DNA of 64,000 nt from Azolla caroliniana (lineage: Eukaryota > Plantae > Polypodiophyta), in the NCBI GenBank assembly GCA_043228905.1, contig JBHGNT010000009.1:17980001-18044000 (forward strand). The letters are read 5' to 3'. Shown here piece by piece: positions 18,901 to 30,178 of the stretch. The number at the start of each line of letters is the position of its first letter. Position 1 is the stretch's first letter. Made by a program: the position numbers and the translations under genes. A model generated the notes under the pieces. It did not search any database. It had not been told where the DNA came from and saw only the letters and a list, made by a program, of their open reading frames with translations.

Positions 18901-19951
18901 CATTGGAGGTGAGCATCTCGTCGAAATCAATAAGCTCAAATCCCTCCTTTCCAACAAGTTCGAGATGACGGACATGAAGGAGCTCCACTACTTCCTCGGC
19001 ATCAAGGTAATTCGGACTCCGGTCGGAATCATGATCTCTCAATGGCACTACATCCTCAACTTGTTATACGAGTTCAGTATGGTTGAGTGCAAATCCGCGG
19101 CAACCCCGCTCGATCGCAATCTCAAACTAGATGCGAACTCTGGCACCCAAGCGTGTGAGCTGACTCAGTATCAGCAACTCATCGGGAGTCTCATCTACCT
19201 CACGATCACTTGACCCGATCTCAGTTATCCGGTCAGTCTCCTTAGTCAATTCATGCAAACACCACGTGATACTCACTTGGATTGCGTTAAGCGAGTTCTA
19301 CGATACATGAGCCGCACAATGGATTGTGGCATCCTCTACAAGACCGCGATGCCAATACAACTCGAGGGGTACACATACGCCGATTGGGCCGGCTACAAAG
19401 CTGATAGAAGATCAACCTCCGGATTTGTTTTCTCCCTTGGCAGCGGAGCAATATCCTGGAGCAGCAAAAAGCAACCAACTGTCGCTCTTTTGAGCACAGA
19501 GGCGGAATACAAGGGCGCAACAGTGGCCGCATGTGAAGCCGTATGGCTCAAAAGGATACTCAAGGATCTGGGTGTACCCATCAAGGATCCGACTTCCCTT
19601 TACTGCGACAACATGAGCAGTATCTAGCTGGCTCGGAACCCGGTGTTCCACGCGCGGACAAAGCACATCGAAGTGCATTATCACTTCATCTGAGAGTGCA
19701 TTCTAGCTGGCGATGTCGACCTACAACACATTAGCACCAATCTTCAAACGGCTGACATCTACACTAAAGCCTTAGGAGCCGACAAGCTATGCCAATTCAT
19801 GACCGATCTCGGATTGACGATCCCTGACCTGCCAAGCTTGAGGGGGGAGTACTGAAGACGCTACGCAATAACGGGTGGATTCCGCAAACCACGCACCCTA
19901 CGCAATAACGTGTGGATTACGCAACCGCGCAACAAAGCCGTGAAGAGCCGC
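18901..19951 (+). mobile_element. Copia B fragment 3b (RT end, RNase H, PPT, ~100 bp of LTR)
   Basis: FEMTDMKELHYFLGI, SWSSKKQPTVA, RTKHIEVHYHFI, GAGGGGGAG PPT at ~19840; in-frame stops. Confidence 0.9.
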
Positions 19952-21955
19952 CACTATGCACCCGATTCGGCACATCGGCAATGTTCTGTTGGGAAAAGAA
20001 GGTAAGCAAAATTACATTAAAAATGTCTTGCATGTACCGACCATTACGAAGAATTTGGTCTCCATCGGCCAAATTGTAGAGCAAGGGATGCAAGTTCGAT
20101 TTAATCAAGGCAATTGCTTCATCAAAAAAGAGGGCCGAATGTTCATTCTCGACTCACACAAGATGAAATCAGCCATGTTTGCAAAGGACATGGCATGAAA
20201 GCCGACTCCGACATAGAGCTATGGCACAAGCGAATCGGCCACATCAATCTCAACAAACTCAAAGCAATGAAATCGAAAGGAGTCGTCATCGGACTTTCGA
20301 CATTCAAAGAGAAGGACATTGAAGGCGTATGCGAAGCGTGCCAATTCGGCAACCAACACCGACACCCATTCCCGAAAGACCAGAATGTGACAAAAGGCCT
20401 ACTCGACGTAGTCCATTCCGACGTATGGGGACCGGTGCAGACGGCTACAATCGGCGGATGCCGATATTACGTGCTCTTCATCGACGACTTCTCTAGGAAC
20501 ACTAGGATCTACCCGATGCGGCAAAAGAGCGAAGTGTTCGGACACTTCCAAAAATTCAAGAATGAACTCGAGAAAGCCACGGGCCGACATGTACGATGCC
20601 TTCAATCGGATGGCGGCAAGGAGTACTTCTCGGACGATTTCACAACGTATCTCTGAAAGGAAGGAATTTGGCGAGAATTCACTTGCCGACACACTCCGCA
20701 ACAACACGGAGTAGCCGAGCGCAAAAATCGGCACATCCTCGAAGTAGCGCGGGCCATGATGAACGAGAAGCATATGCCCAAGTCATATTGGGCCGAAGCT
20801 ACAAATACGGCCGTCTACTTGATGAACCGGTGCACAACATCCGGCGTGCACGAGGTCACTCCACACAAAAAATACTTCGGAAAGAAGCCGGACTTATCGC
20901 ACATCTAGATATTCGGCGCGATAGCGTACGTGCACATCCCCGACGAGAAGCGTCAAATGCTTGACCCGAAGTCAGAGAAATGTATCCTCGTAGGATACTC
21001 ATTGGAGCAAAAGGGGTACAAGTGCTACAACCCCTCAACTCGAAAATCTCGAGTAAGTCGAGATGTCATTTTTGACGAGTCCGCATCCTGGTACGCACCA
21101 AAGACAACTTCGACTCCGACTCCGCTCGACTCGGAATCCGCCGAACAAGAGACAGAGGATGAAGATCGCCTTACGCACATGTTTGAAGAAAGTCCGATCA
21201 CGACCCGACTAAGCGGACCACAAGAGCCTTTGAGCGATCAAAGCACATCATGGCCTAGCCCGAAGATGGACAAAGGCAAGGCGAAAATGTCAGAATACAA
21301 AGACGATCGCTTCGACGACGATGAGTCGACTCCCTCACTCGACAGTAAGTTCGACGGCGTTGATGTACCAATCGGAGCTAAGAAAGCCCTCATCTCTGCA
21401 AATGAAAAGCTCCGCCGATCCACTCGTGAAAAGAACCTCGTAAGCTGATTCGGCTACAACGATTATATGGCGTACCATTACGCCTTTATGATGAAGGTAG
21501 CAACAATACGGGAGCCGGAAACCTTTTTCGCAGCCGCGAAGGACCCGCGATGGATCGAAGCAATGAACAAGGAGATGCGTGCATTACGCAAGAACGAGAC
21601 ATGGGATCTCGTTCCCCACTCACTGCACAAGAAGGCGATCGGTTGCAGATGGATCTACAAGGTGAAGTATAACGTTGATGGCTCCGTAAACTGCTACAAA
21701 GCTCGACTCGTAGCAAAAGGATACGCTCAGACGCATGGCGTCGACTACGAAGAGACCTTTGCCCCGGTGGCAAAGATGACAATGGTACGGACCGTAATTG
21801 TGCTTGCCGCGGCGAAAGGGTGGCACCTCCATCAAATGGACGTCAAGAACGCCTTTCTACAAGGCGAATTAGAAGAGGAGGTGTACATGATACAACCACC
21901 CGGCTTCAACTCGAGCACCCATCGAAAGTTGTATGCCGACTCAAGAAGCCACTCT
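19952..21955 (+). mobile_element. Copia B fragment 2 (protease end, GAG-pre-integrase, integrase, RT start)
   Basis: [57 protein letters not shown]. Confidence 0.92.
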
Positions 21956-22414
21956 AGAATGTCGTCTTGACGTCCAATTGCTCTACCTCGAGGTCCATGC
22001 TTGTAGTTATGCCCAATACTGTCCGGATGGATGTCATCTTTACTACCGGGGCAAAGATCTCATCGAAGTCCACTCCTTTCTTCTGTTGGAAGCCCTTCAC
22101 CATGATCTGGGCTTTGTACCTTGGTGGATTCCCGGCGTCTCCCGGTTTCAGCTTGTACACCTAGTGCACTTGTTCCGGAGTGCTCTCTTCCCTTTCGGCA
22201 ACTCCGTCAGTTCGTATGTGTGGTTCTCATACAGGGAATCCATCTCATCCTACATGGCACTCAACCACTTGCGGCAGTGGGTGTCTCTCTTTGCTTCTTC
22301 GAAGCTTTCCGGCTGCCCCTCATCGGTTAGCAACACATGCTCTGCATCCGGAAATCTCCAGGGGGCTCTTCTCTCTCGGAGAGGATATCTCCGTCCTTGG
22401 CTTCTGACTACCGG
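21956..22414 (-). mobile_element. Degenerate copia A, RT N-terminal part
   Basis: [37 protein letters not shown]. Confidence 0.9.
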
Positions 22415-22924
22415 TGTCATAGTGTAATTCGCACACTACGTGAAATATGTTAAAAATATATCTGATTGTAGTACGCATAAATAAATAAAAGAAAATATTA
22501 AAAATATTGTTATATGCATAGGGCAAGATTCGAACCCTATACCTCCATGTTAACGATTTTAAGCCTTATCATTGTACTAGCATATTATGAGTTTTAATGT
22601 TATACTAAACTTTATCCCATGTAAATATTCTAGATAAGCATGATAGAAAAAGTTATTCATGCATACACACTCGAGTTAAAAGAAAAGATGTGACAGATAG
22701 CTCATCATGCACATGTAGTGTGCATGAAAACTAAAGTTAGAAAAAGCATGATGCTTGCATGTGATAAACTTAGACTCTTCCATCACTATATAAGGAAGAG
22801 AGAAAAGATGTATATGGTTGTTGATTTTTATAAGGGTTGATTAATATAAAATATTCATGGGATTCACGATTTTTTGCCATCTATTTCTCACTTACAATCT
22901 AAGTATCAATTAATACACTATACT
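22415..22924 (+). mobile_element. Probable degenerate LTR
   Basis: Start TGTCATAGTGTAATTCGCACACTACG resembles the 2269 LTR terminus; TATATAAG at ~22787; degenerate inverted end TACACTATAC; no TSD found. Confidence 0.45.
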
Positions 22925-23080
22925 CGAGGGATTCACGATTTTCATATCTTCTTCTTGCAATCTTTTCCTAACTAACATTATCTCATATTCTTCTTTCTCC
23001 TAGTCCAAAACCCCAACGGTTCCCATCCGACTCACGCAAACAATCCGGCGCCGAAAGGCACGACACAAGTGGTGAACTTG

Positions 23081-23179
23081 ACGTCTTAAGCTTTCTAGAA
23101 CATTCACGAAACCTCGAGACTCCCATTTCAAAAGACGCACAACCATTCTCCTTCTTAGAACAAAAAAAGTATTGATTCC
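23081..23179 (-). promoter_or_regulatory. Orphan duplicate of the sHSP promoter with an HSE
   Basis: Close match to 26783-26879; TTCtaGAAcaTTCacGAA at 23093-23110. Confidence 0.8.
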
Positions 23180-23895
23180 AAAAAAAGATGAAACCGTGTC
23201 CATTGATATTGCCAAGCACCATGTATGCATGATCACATGATTTTTGGATGCATGGAATAGTAATAAGGAGGCAAGATTTGCATCCAAAAGAGACTTAATT
23301 TATGAAATTCTAGATGAAAGCAAAAGCTAGAAGATAAACTTTTAGAACAAAGGGTAATTAAGACGAAACCACCACATCAATCCATTGTGTTGGTATAGTA
23401 TTGAACTTTGTCACATGGAGGTGAATTGTCAAAAGGAGAAGAGTTTATGCCATGGATAGCATGTAGTCACTATTTGTGCTTCCAACTCTAGGCATGATAC
23501 ACATGGCATGTTGTTGTTCGTGATGAGCCATACAACCAAGTTCATGCATGATACACAAGGAAAAGTCGGTTAAACAAACCAACCACATTATCGGTCTCAT
23601 TGGATGATTTCATGAGTGGCAAATATCCAACCATGCGGATTGACCACATTGTTAAGAACCTTGTCACTTGTGTACACTTCACCAACACGACCATTGGTAT
23701 TCACATGAGAGTATTCAAATGAGGAAACAATGTAATGGAAAAGAGACAAAATGCAAAACTTAGAGAAGAATCATTTGTCTCCATTATGTGAAGGGGACAA
23801 ATATAAAATGAAGTAAATGTAAAGGTAAGTAGAAAAGCTAACTTTTGGGCTTGTTTCACTTCTTCTTCACTTTCCTAAGAGAGGCTATAGCGCTT

Positions 23896-23898
<3 letters not shown>

Positions 23899-23944
<46 letters not shown>
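23899..23944 (+). repeat. (TC)23 microsatellite
   Basis: Read directly. Confidence 0.95.
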
Positions 23945-23947
<3 letters not shown>

Positions 23948-25148
23948 TTCAATCAAATGCCTAAGTACTAGTTTTTCCATCTTAATAGTTTAGGCTTTCC
24001 TTTTATTTGGCTTGGAATAAGGGTTTTGTTTGGGAGTTATTTAACAAATATAATATTATTCGGAGATATCTCCTTGTGTTAAACATCCACTTAAAAATGC
24101 TTTTCTGTTGACGTTTGGGGCTTTTGAATTGATGACGGGCAATATTTGTGACTCTAAAATTATCTATTGGATTTATGTTATGCTTGATTCTGCTATATTT
24201 CTAGAGGTGTTGTACACATCATTTTGTTTTGTTTCCACAAATATGGTGTAGAAAAGTTGTATGTAAATAATGCCCCATTACTAAACATCCCCTCCCTTCT
24301 TCTTTGTTTGTTCGTGTTGGTTGTCACAATTGACTATAAGGAATATTGCACGTTTTTTACATTTGAATAATCGTTATAACATTTTAAATTATTTTCATCA
24401 ACACTAAATGACCATGACCTACAAACATCAAGTCTCAATGACAATTTGTCGTCATGATAGGCATACAATGTTTGGATCAAGGAGACTAATAATTTGGGGG
24501 ATTCACCCAACCCTAAAAACCGCCCATGCTTTACCTCCTACATATTCATATCCATAGTAGGTTGTTTGTAAGGAGGTTTATGCCCAAACCAAATTGCAAG
24601 CCACTTATGGTCTCTAAACGGAAGGCTCTCCTTTGAAGTTGCAATTGAGGGGACCTCCCTCATTAGGTGATTTTAAACAAGATGATTGTATTCAAAGATG
24701 ACACACATTACATATCAATTTGCATTGGAAAACCAGACTCATAGTTTATGTCAATGACTAATGAATGCAACCATCTATACTACTAGAAACACAAAGGCAC
24801 AAGGAAAAGATATGGAACAAGAGGGAGAAGGTTTCTCTTAACTCTTCTCTTTGTAAAGTTCAAAAAGTGTGCATAACTACCGCACCCACATGTATGTATG
24901 AATGCTAGCATATATAACCTCACACACACATCTCAAGCTTCAAAGTATTTCATTCATTTTATTAAATCAATACTTGTTTGGTTCTCTCACCATAATTATA
25001 CCATACTTACTGTATCAAAGCTTTCATTTACATACATAGTTACACTTTAAGACCACATTTCATTCCAATCATTCAAAATAGAAGTACACTTTAAGACTCC
25101 ATTTCATTCCAATCATATCCATCTGAGCTGCCTGGTGATCCTAATCCA

Positions 25149-25419
25149 CCCATTTACTTCACCAACAATGACACCCTCCTCTATGAGGCAAAGTGCGATC
25201 ACAACCACGTCCCAATGTTGGAGCTTGTCCGGATCAATGCTGTCTCCAATGTGACCACGACCAACACACCCCAAGAGATCGCCCAAGAGAACCTCAACAT
25301 CCTCTACCACTCCCTCATGACTGCTAACACTGCAGACATGTTCATGGGTGACCCCCACGGTTAAAGATCTACTGAACAAGACTTCCTCAAGGCCGAATTC
25401 ATCTTCTAAAACGAGAAAC
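25149..25419 (+). pseudogene. Polyphenol oxidase-like gene fragment
   Basis: PIYFTNNDTLLYEAK.DHNH..QEIAQENLNILYHSLMTANTADMFMGDP joined to DFLKAEFIF*NE; matches PPO segments flanking CuB, with the CuB region missing. Confidence 0.65.
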
Positions 25420-25933
25420 AGTGACGGCTAATGATGCTTTGGACCTGAGCAAGATGGGGGTGAGCTATGAGGCGGCAGCAGAGTGGAGTATGCCATATAG
25501 AAAATGGAGAAAGGCCATTATCGTTCATGAAGACCTTTTACTTGTTCAAATGTGAACTCATGTTAAATCTACTTAAAGAACATCAAATTTACATATTTAC
25601 ATCATAATAAGTTAAAGAATATCACATTTGCACATTTACTTAATAAGCTACTCATAGTAAACTTATCACTGGACAATACGTTTATCTTAAAAACCTTTTT
25701 TTTTTTTACCAATTGAAGGAGACACGGAAGATCACAATGCTAAAGTTAAGAAAAAGAAGAAGTGGTCAAAGAAGAGATTTGGACAACGAAGTGTTGGACG
25801 CGAAACTTAAATGGTTCTATTGCAATTGATTTAGAAAGCAGTTACTCATATTTAGCAGCTACAATGAGAATCATTAACAACATGGTTTCTGATTGAGAGA
25901 GAAAGCAAGCAAAAATGTAAGACAAATTTGATC

Positions 25934-26536
25934 CTAAGAAATATTGATGGTTCGAATGGCCGATTTTGGCTCAGGGGGAGGAATCTTGGGGACAGTGACA
26001 GTGAGGACGCCGTTCTCCATGGCCGCCTTTACATCGTCCACCTGCGTGTTCTCAGGGAGCTTAAAACGGCGGAGGAAGCTACCATGCGAGCGTTCCACAC
26101 GGTGCCATCTGTCCGAAGAAGATGTTTCCTCTTTCTTGTGCTCCCCGCTTATCTGTAACACGCGCCCTTCCTCCACCTGTACCTTCACTTCCTGCTTGCT
26201 CAGACCTGAAAATGATTCATTATTTGGAAACATCAGATTAAACATATCTGATACAGAAGAGAAGCAGATCCGTCCCAGTATAATAGCGATTGCGAAGTGA
26301 GATATTCTAATTAGTCGTCTGGCAGACTACTTACCAGGCAAATTTGCTTTGAAGACATGAGCATCCGCAGTCTCCTTCCAATCTACCTGCGTGTTGGCTA
26401 CAGCTGCGGCATCACGTGCGAAGCCCGGATGATCAGGGAATGAGGGGAAGATGAGGGAGTCGGAGAAGAAAGCATCGAGAGGGCCCTCTGATGCTCCCCC
26501 CCTGCGATTGCTACGTCCAAAGAGCGAAACAGACAT
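25934..26536 (-). CDS. HSP20: Cytosolic class I-like small heat shock protein, 157 aa; exons 26536-26335 and 26205-25934
   Basis: VDWKET..FKANLPG|[40 protein letters not shown]; GT..AG phase-1 intron. Confidence 0.95.
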
Positions 26537-26590
26537 GGTCAAATGGTTGAGGTTCTGGATACAGAGAGAGATCGATGAGAGAAAATGGCA

Positions 26591-26720
26591 GCGATGGATA
26601 GATGCTCAGTGAGAAACTCGATGATTATCTGCGATGGATCGATGTTTGTGTGAAGAAATTCGATGATTATCTGCGATGGATAGATGTTTGTGTGAAGAAA
26701 TTCGATGATTTTCAGCTATG
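26591..26720. repeat. Three ~42-bp tandem repeats in the sHSP leader
   Basis: Unit GCGATGGATAGATGTTTGTGTGAAGAAATTCGATGATTATCT. Confidence 0.8.
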
Positions 26721-26774
26721 GATGACTGATCGAATAGCTATGGGGTATTTGAAGAAGAGGGGAGGGGCAGATGT

Positions 26775-26812
26775 TTCTAGAAACGTCTTATGCTTTCTAG
26801 AACATTCGCGAA
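26775..26812 (-). promoter_or_regulatory. Heat-shock elements of the first sHSP
   Basis: TTCtaGAA at 26775-26782 and TTCtaGAAcaTTCgcGAA at 26795-26812. Confidence 0.9.
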
Positions 26813-26994
26813 ACCATTCTCCTTCAGTTTCAAAAGACGCACAACCATTCTCCTTCTTAGAACAAAAAAGTATTGATTCCCATATAAATATTTTGCACTC
26901 AATAAATATATATGTACATACATCGAACCAAATAGAAATTTGTAACAAACATTTAGAAAACAACAAAATGATCAACAAAAATATGATTTGTAAG

Positions 26995-27460
26995 TCTTTC
27001 CATAAAACCAACAATTCAGGGTCATTTCTATCAACTGCCCCTCCTTCACCATATAAATTAATAGTATTACGAAATTTCCTAAACCAACCCCAAGTTGCTT
27101 TGAAGTCATCGTCAAAAATATTCATTTTTGATGCCAATTGTCGAGCCTTCTCCATAATAACGGATGGTGGCAATGCAATTGGTAATCGACGAGATGCATC
27201 AATCCAATCGTTCCTCTAATTTGGGATATTTTCCTTTTGATCCTCTAAAAGTTGTTTTTCTTGCATTGTGATCTTTTTGTTGAGCACACAATCGTATCTC
27301 TATATTTCTTCTTGATCGAACTTTTAATGGTTGATTCACTTACACCAAATTGTCTACCTATGTTATGAAGAGAAGGAGATGATAGTTGTTCCACTAACTC
27401 CAAAATTTGTAGCCTTTGTTCATCATTCAAAGGAAGTCCAACACCTCGCTTATGGGTTAA
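26995..27460 (-). mobile_element. pogo/Tigger (CENP-B-like) transposase N-terminal remnant
   Basis: LNDEQRLQILEL..IGRQFGVSESTIKS (first HTH) and VIMEKARQLA..FKATWGWFRKFR..LYGEGG (Tc5-type HTH); frameshifted, no DDE domain. Confidence 0.75.
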
Positions 27461-27820
27461 ATTCATCTCTGTAATATGCAATGCTAATTAGCTAAATTCA
27501 CCTCAATATTTTGTCCCCTACCAATCAAGTGTCGATGTACAAAAACCTTTTGAAGGTTTAAACTCTTTGACATTTAATGCACATGACCTTATTTAAGTCA
27601 CAAATAACTTAAAATTCATAGACGAATGAATTGGGTCTTCTCCAATTAAGTTGGAGTATTATCCATCAAGGAGGCACACATGTTAGGATGTAGGTACAAT
27701 CTTGACCTAATTTCGTTGAAACTTTGCTTTGGAGAAAAACTAATGTTGTGAACCACAAAATGAATTGAACTTAAATGTTCCAATGCTACCACTAAATAGG
27801 TTGGGCATGGGTCTATGAAG

Positions 27821-27975
27821 AGAAAGCTATTAATGGATTAATCGATTAATAACTTATTATGTGAACTAGCATGACAGGGAAAGCTATTAATTGATTAATC
27901 GATGAATAGCTTATTATGTGAACTAGCATGAAGGGAAAGCTATTAATGGATTAATCGATTAATAGCTTATTATAT
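27821..27975. repeat. Three ~55-bp tandem repeats with a palindromic core
   Basis: AAGCTATTAATGGATTAATCGATTAATAGCTT-ATTATGTGAACTAGCATG. Confidence 0.85.
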
Positions 27976-28984
27976 GTATGGACATCTTCCAAACAAATGT
28001 CTACTTATGGATATCTTTCTTACCCTATTTCAGCCATCAATCAAATTTTGCGGATTCAAAACCCTACGATATTTTACTTATCTTATTTCAGCCAAATATG
28101 TGGATTATTTCTCCTAAACCACATGCCATATCAGCCACAACAAAATATGTGGATATCAAACTAAAGAAATTATCCACAATTTCTAAATAATTAACACATT
28201 TCCATCTAAATTATGCACAAATTTAGAACCTCTCTTCTCTTCCTTCTCTCATATTCATTCACAATTAAGAGACACAAAAAACAGACAGGAAAGAAAACAC
28301 ATACCTAAAGACAAATTTAGGAGCAAGAACGTGGTGAGTGACGTGGATTGGAGTAGCGGTAGGAGCAGCAACGAGCTGACTACAGAAGAAGAGAGGGTAT
28401 TTGTGATGTCTGGTTGGGTTGCGCTTTATGTGAAAGAGAAGAGAGAAAAAAATTTGGGGGAATTTTTTTTTGAGAATTCACAAACAATTTGCGGCCAAAA
28501 TGTTAAACCAAATCTCACGAAAAACTTTACTACCAAAATGTCATTTTAAACGAAACCTCACATAACACTTTGCTATTAAAATGCCATCTTAAACCAAATT
28601 TCCTCATTTTACACTCATAAACCAAAATTAATTATCGAAATGTAATAATTACATGTTATCGAAATTGTTTGTGAATCCCCGCAAATTCATGGAATTTGGC
28701 TTCAAAATGGCATCCCAATGGTAAAATTTGGTGTGCGATCAAATGTTTTGGTTTTAAGATTAAATTTTGGTCACTTCAATCACAAATTTGGTTTTATGGG
28801 ATTAAGCCAGTATAACTCGGTGTAAATTCATAGAATTGGATTTTAAGGTGACCTTTCAATTGAAATTTTTGGTATATAATTTAATTTTGATAATTTAGTT
28901 TGATTTATGATGTATTTTGAAAAATAAAAGTGGTATAAATTGGTCAAAATAGGTATATAGTGGCATTATGGTAAATAAGTTTAG

Positions 28985-29143
28985 GTTTAAGGGTATTCTG
29001 GTAAATAGGGCTTGTAGATTTGAGTGTATAATTACTTTATAAAGTGTATTTTTTTGGACATAAGGGTAGTTTGGTAAATTTGGAACTTCCAGGGGCATTT
29101 TGGTAAATAGACGAACTTCCAGGGGTATCCTAGTACTTTTCCC
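28985..29143. mobile_element. Possible Mutator-like TIR end
   Basis: Repeated GGGyATTyTGGTAAAT motifs ending TACTTTTCCC; partner TIR not found. Confidence 0.35.
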
Positions 29144-29204
29144 TAGATTATATTAGACCATACAAACCACAATTCTTACATACATACATACATACACACA
29201 CACA

Positions 29205-29592
29205 TAGGGATCAACAATGTGTTCGGTTTAGGCTTAGCCGGTTTGGCTTCCGGTTTAGCCTAAACCGTTTTGGGGTTCTCAAACCTGAACCAAACTAAAC
29301 CAAACCGATCTTAACTCGGTTTGGGAACTAGTTTCGAAAACGGCTTAAAAACCGGCTTGTCAAACGGTGTGGAAACCCCCCCCCCCCTCTCTCCCTAGCT
29401 CTCTCTCTCTCTCTCTCTCATCTTGTAGTCCCGGTTTGAGCCGGTTTGGAGCTCAAACCAAACCAAGCCGAGCTCAAACTGTTAAGGCAAGCTCAAGCCT
29501 AAGCCGAGCCGAGCCGAGCCTCTAAGCCTCTAAGCCTCTAAGCCGGTTTAGCCAAACGGTTTAGGCTTGAACCAAGCCGTTGTCGATCCCTA
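29205..29592. mobile_element. hAT-type MITE
   Basis: TIR TAGGGATCAACAA / TTGTCGATCCCTA, 8-bp TSD CACACACA, many AAACCG subterminal motifs. Confidence 0.8.
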
Positions 29593-30178
29593 CACACACA
29601 CACACACATTAGATATATGTGTTCTTACACATACATTGGATATATATATACATGCATATTATGTACATATTACAAACTTACATCGTTATACGAGCCATAT
29701 ACATACTAAACATGAAATATCCCAAAAATATACATACATATATACAGATACATACATTCATACATTTATATACATATGACCACATACACACACACACATA
29801 CGTACGTACATTGGATATATACATACATATTATGCACATATTACAAACACATCCATACTCATTGAATCTTGCATAGTGACATATACATATATGCACACAC
29901 ATACATACATTACATATCTACATACATATTCCACATATCACCATATATATTACATACATATGCCTACAATATTATAAGTTTTAGAAACATACATCCATAC
30001 ATTACATACATGCATACACATAAATACGTTACATACACATACATACATACATTATATATGCACATACATATCATCACAAACTACAATACATACATATATA
30101 TACATACACATACATGAATATTACGAACAAACATCCACACACTCATGAATGCATATATGCATACACTGTTACACATAC
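29593..30178. repeat. Degenerate (TACA/TA/CA)n tract, continuing at 37196-37552
   Basis: Low-complexity tract split by the gypsy insertion. Confidence 0.9.

Noticed and set aside
25113-25379. 88-aa minus-strand ORF
   Set aside because: Antisense shadow of the PPO-like fragment.
26602-27219. 205-aa plus-strand ORF
   Set aside because: Runs antisense through the sHSP leader repeats, promoter and pogo remnant.
29567-30117. His/Tyr/Ile/Thr-rich ORFs (also 37237-37655)
   Set aside because: Translations of the TACA low-complexity tract.
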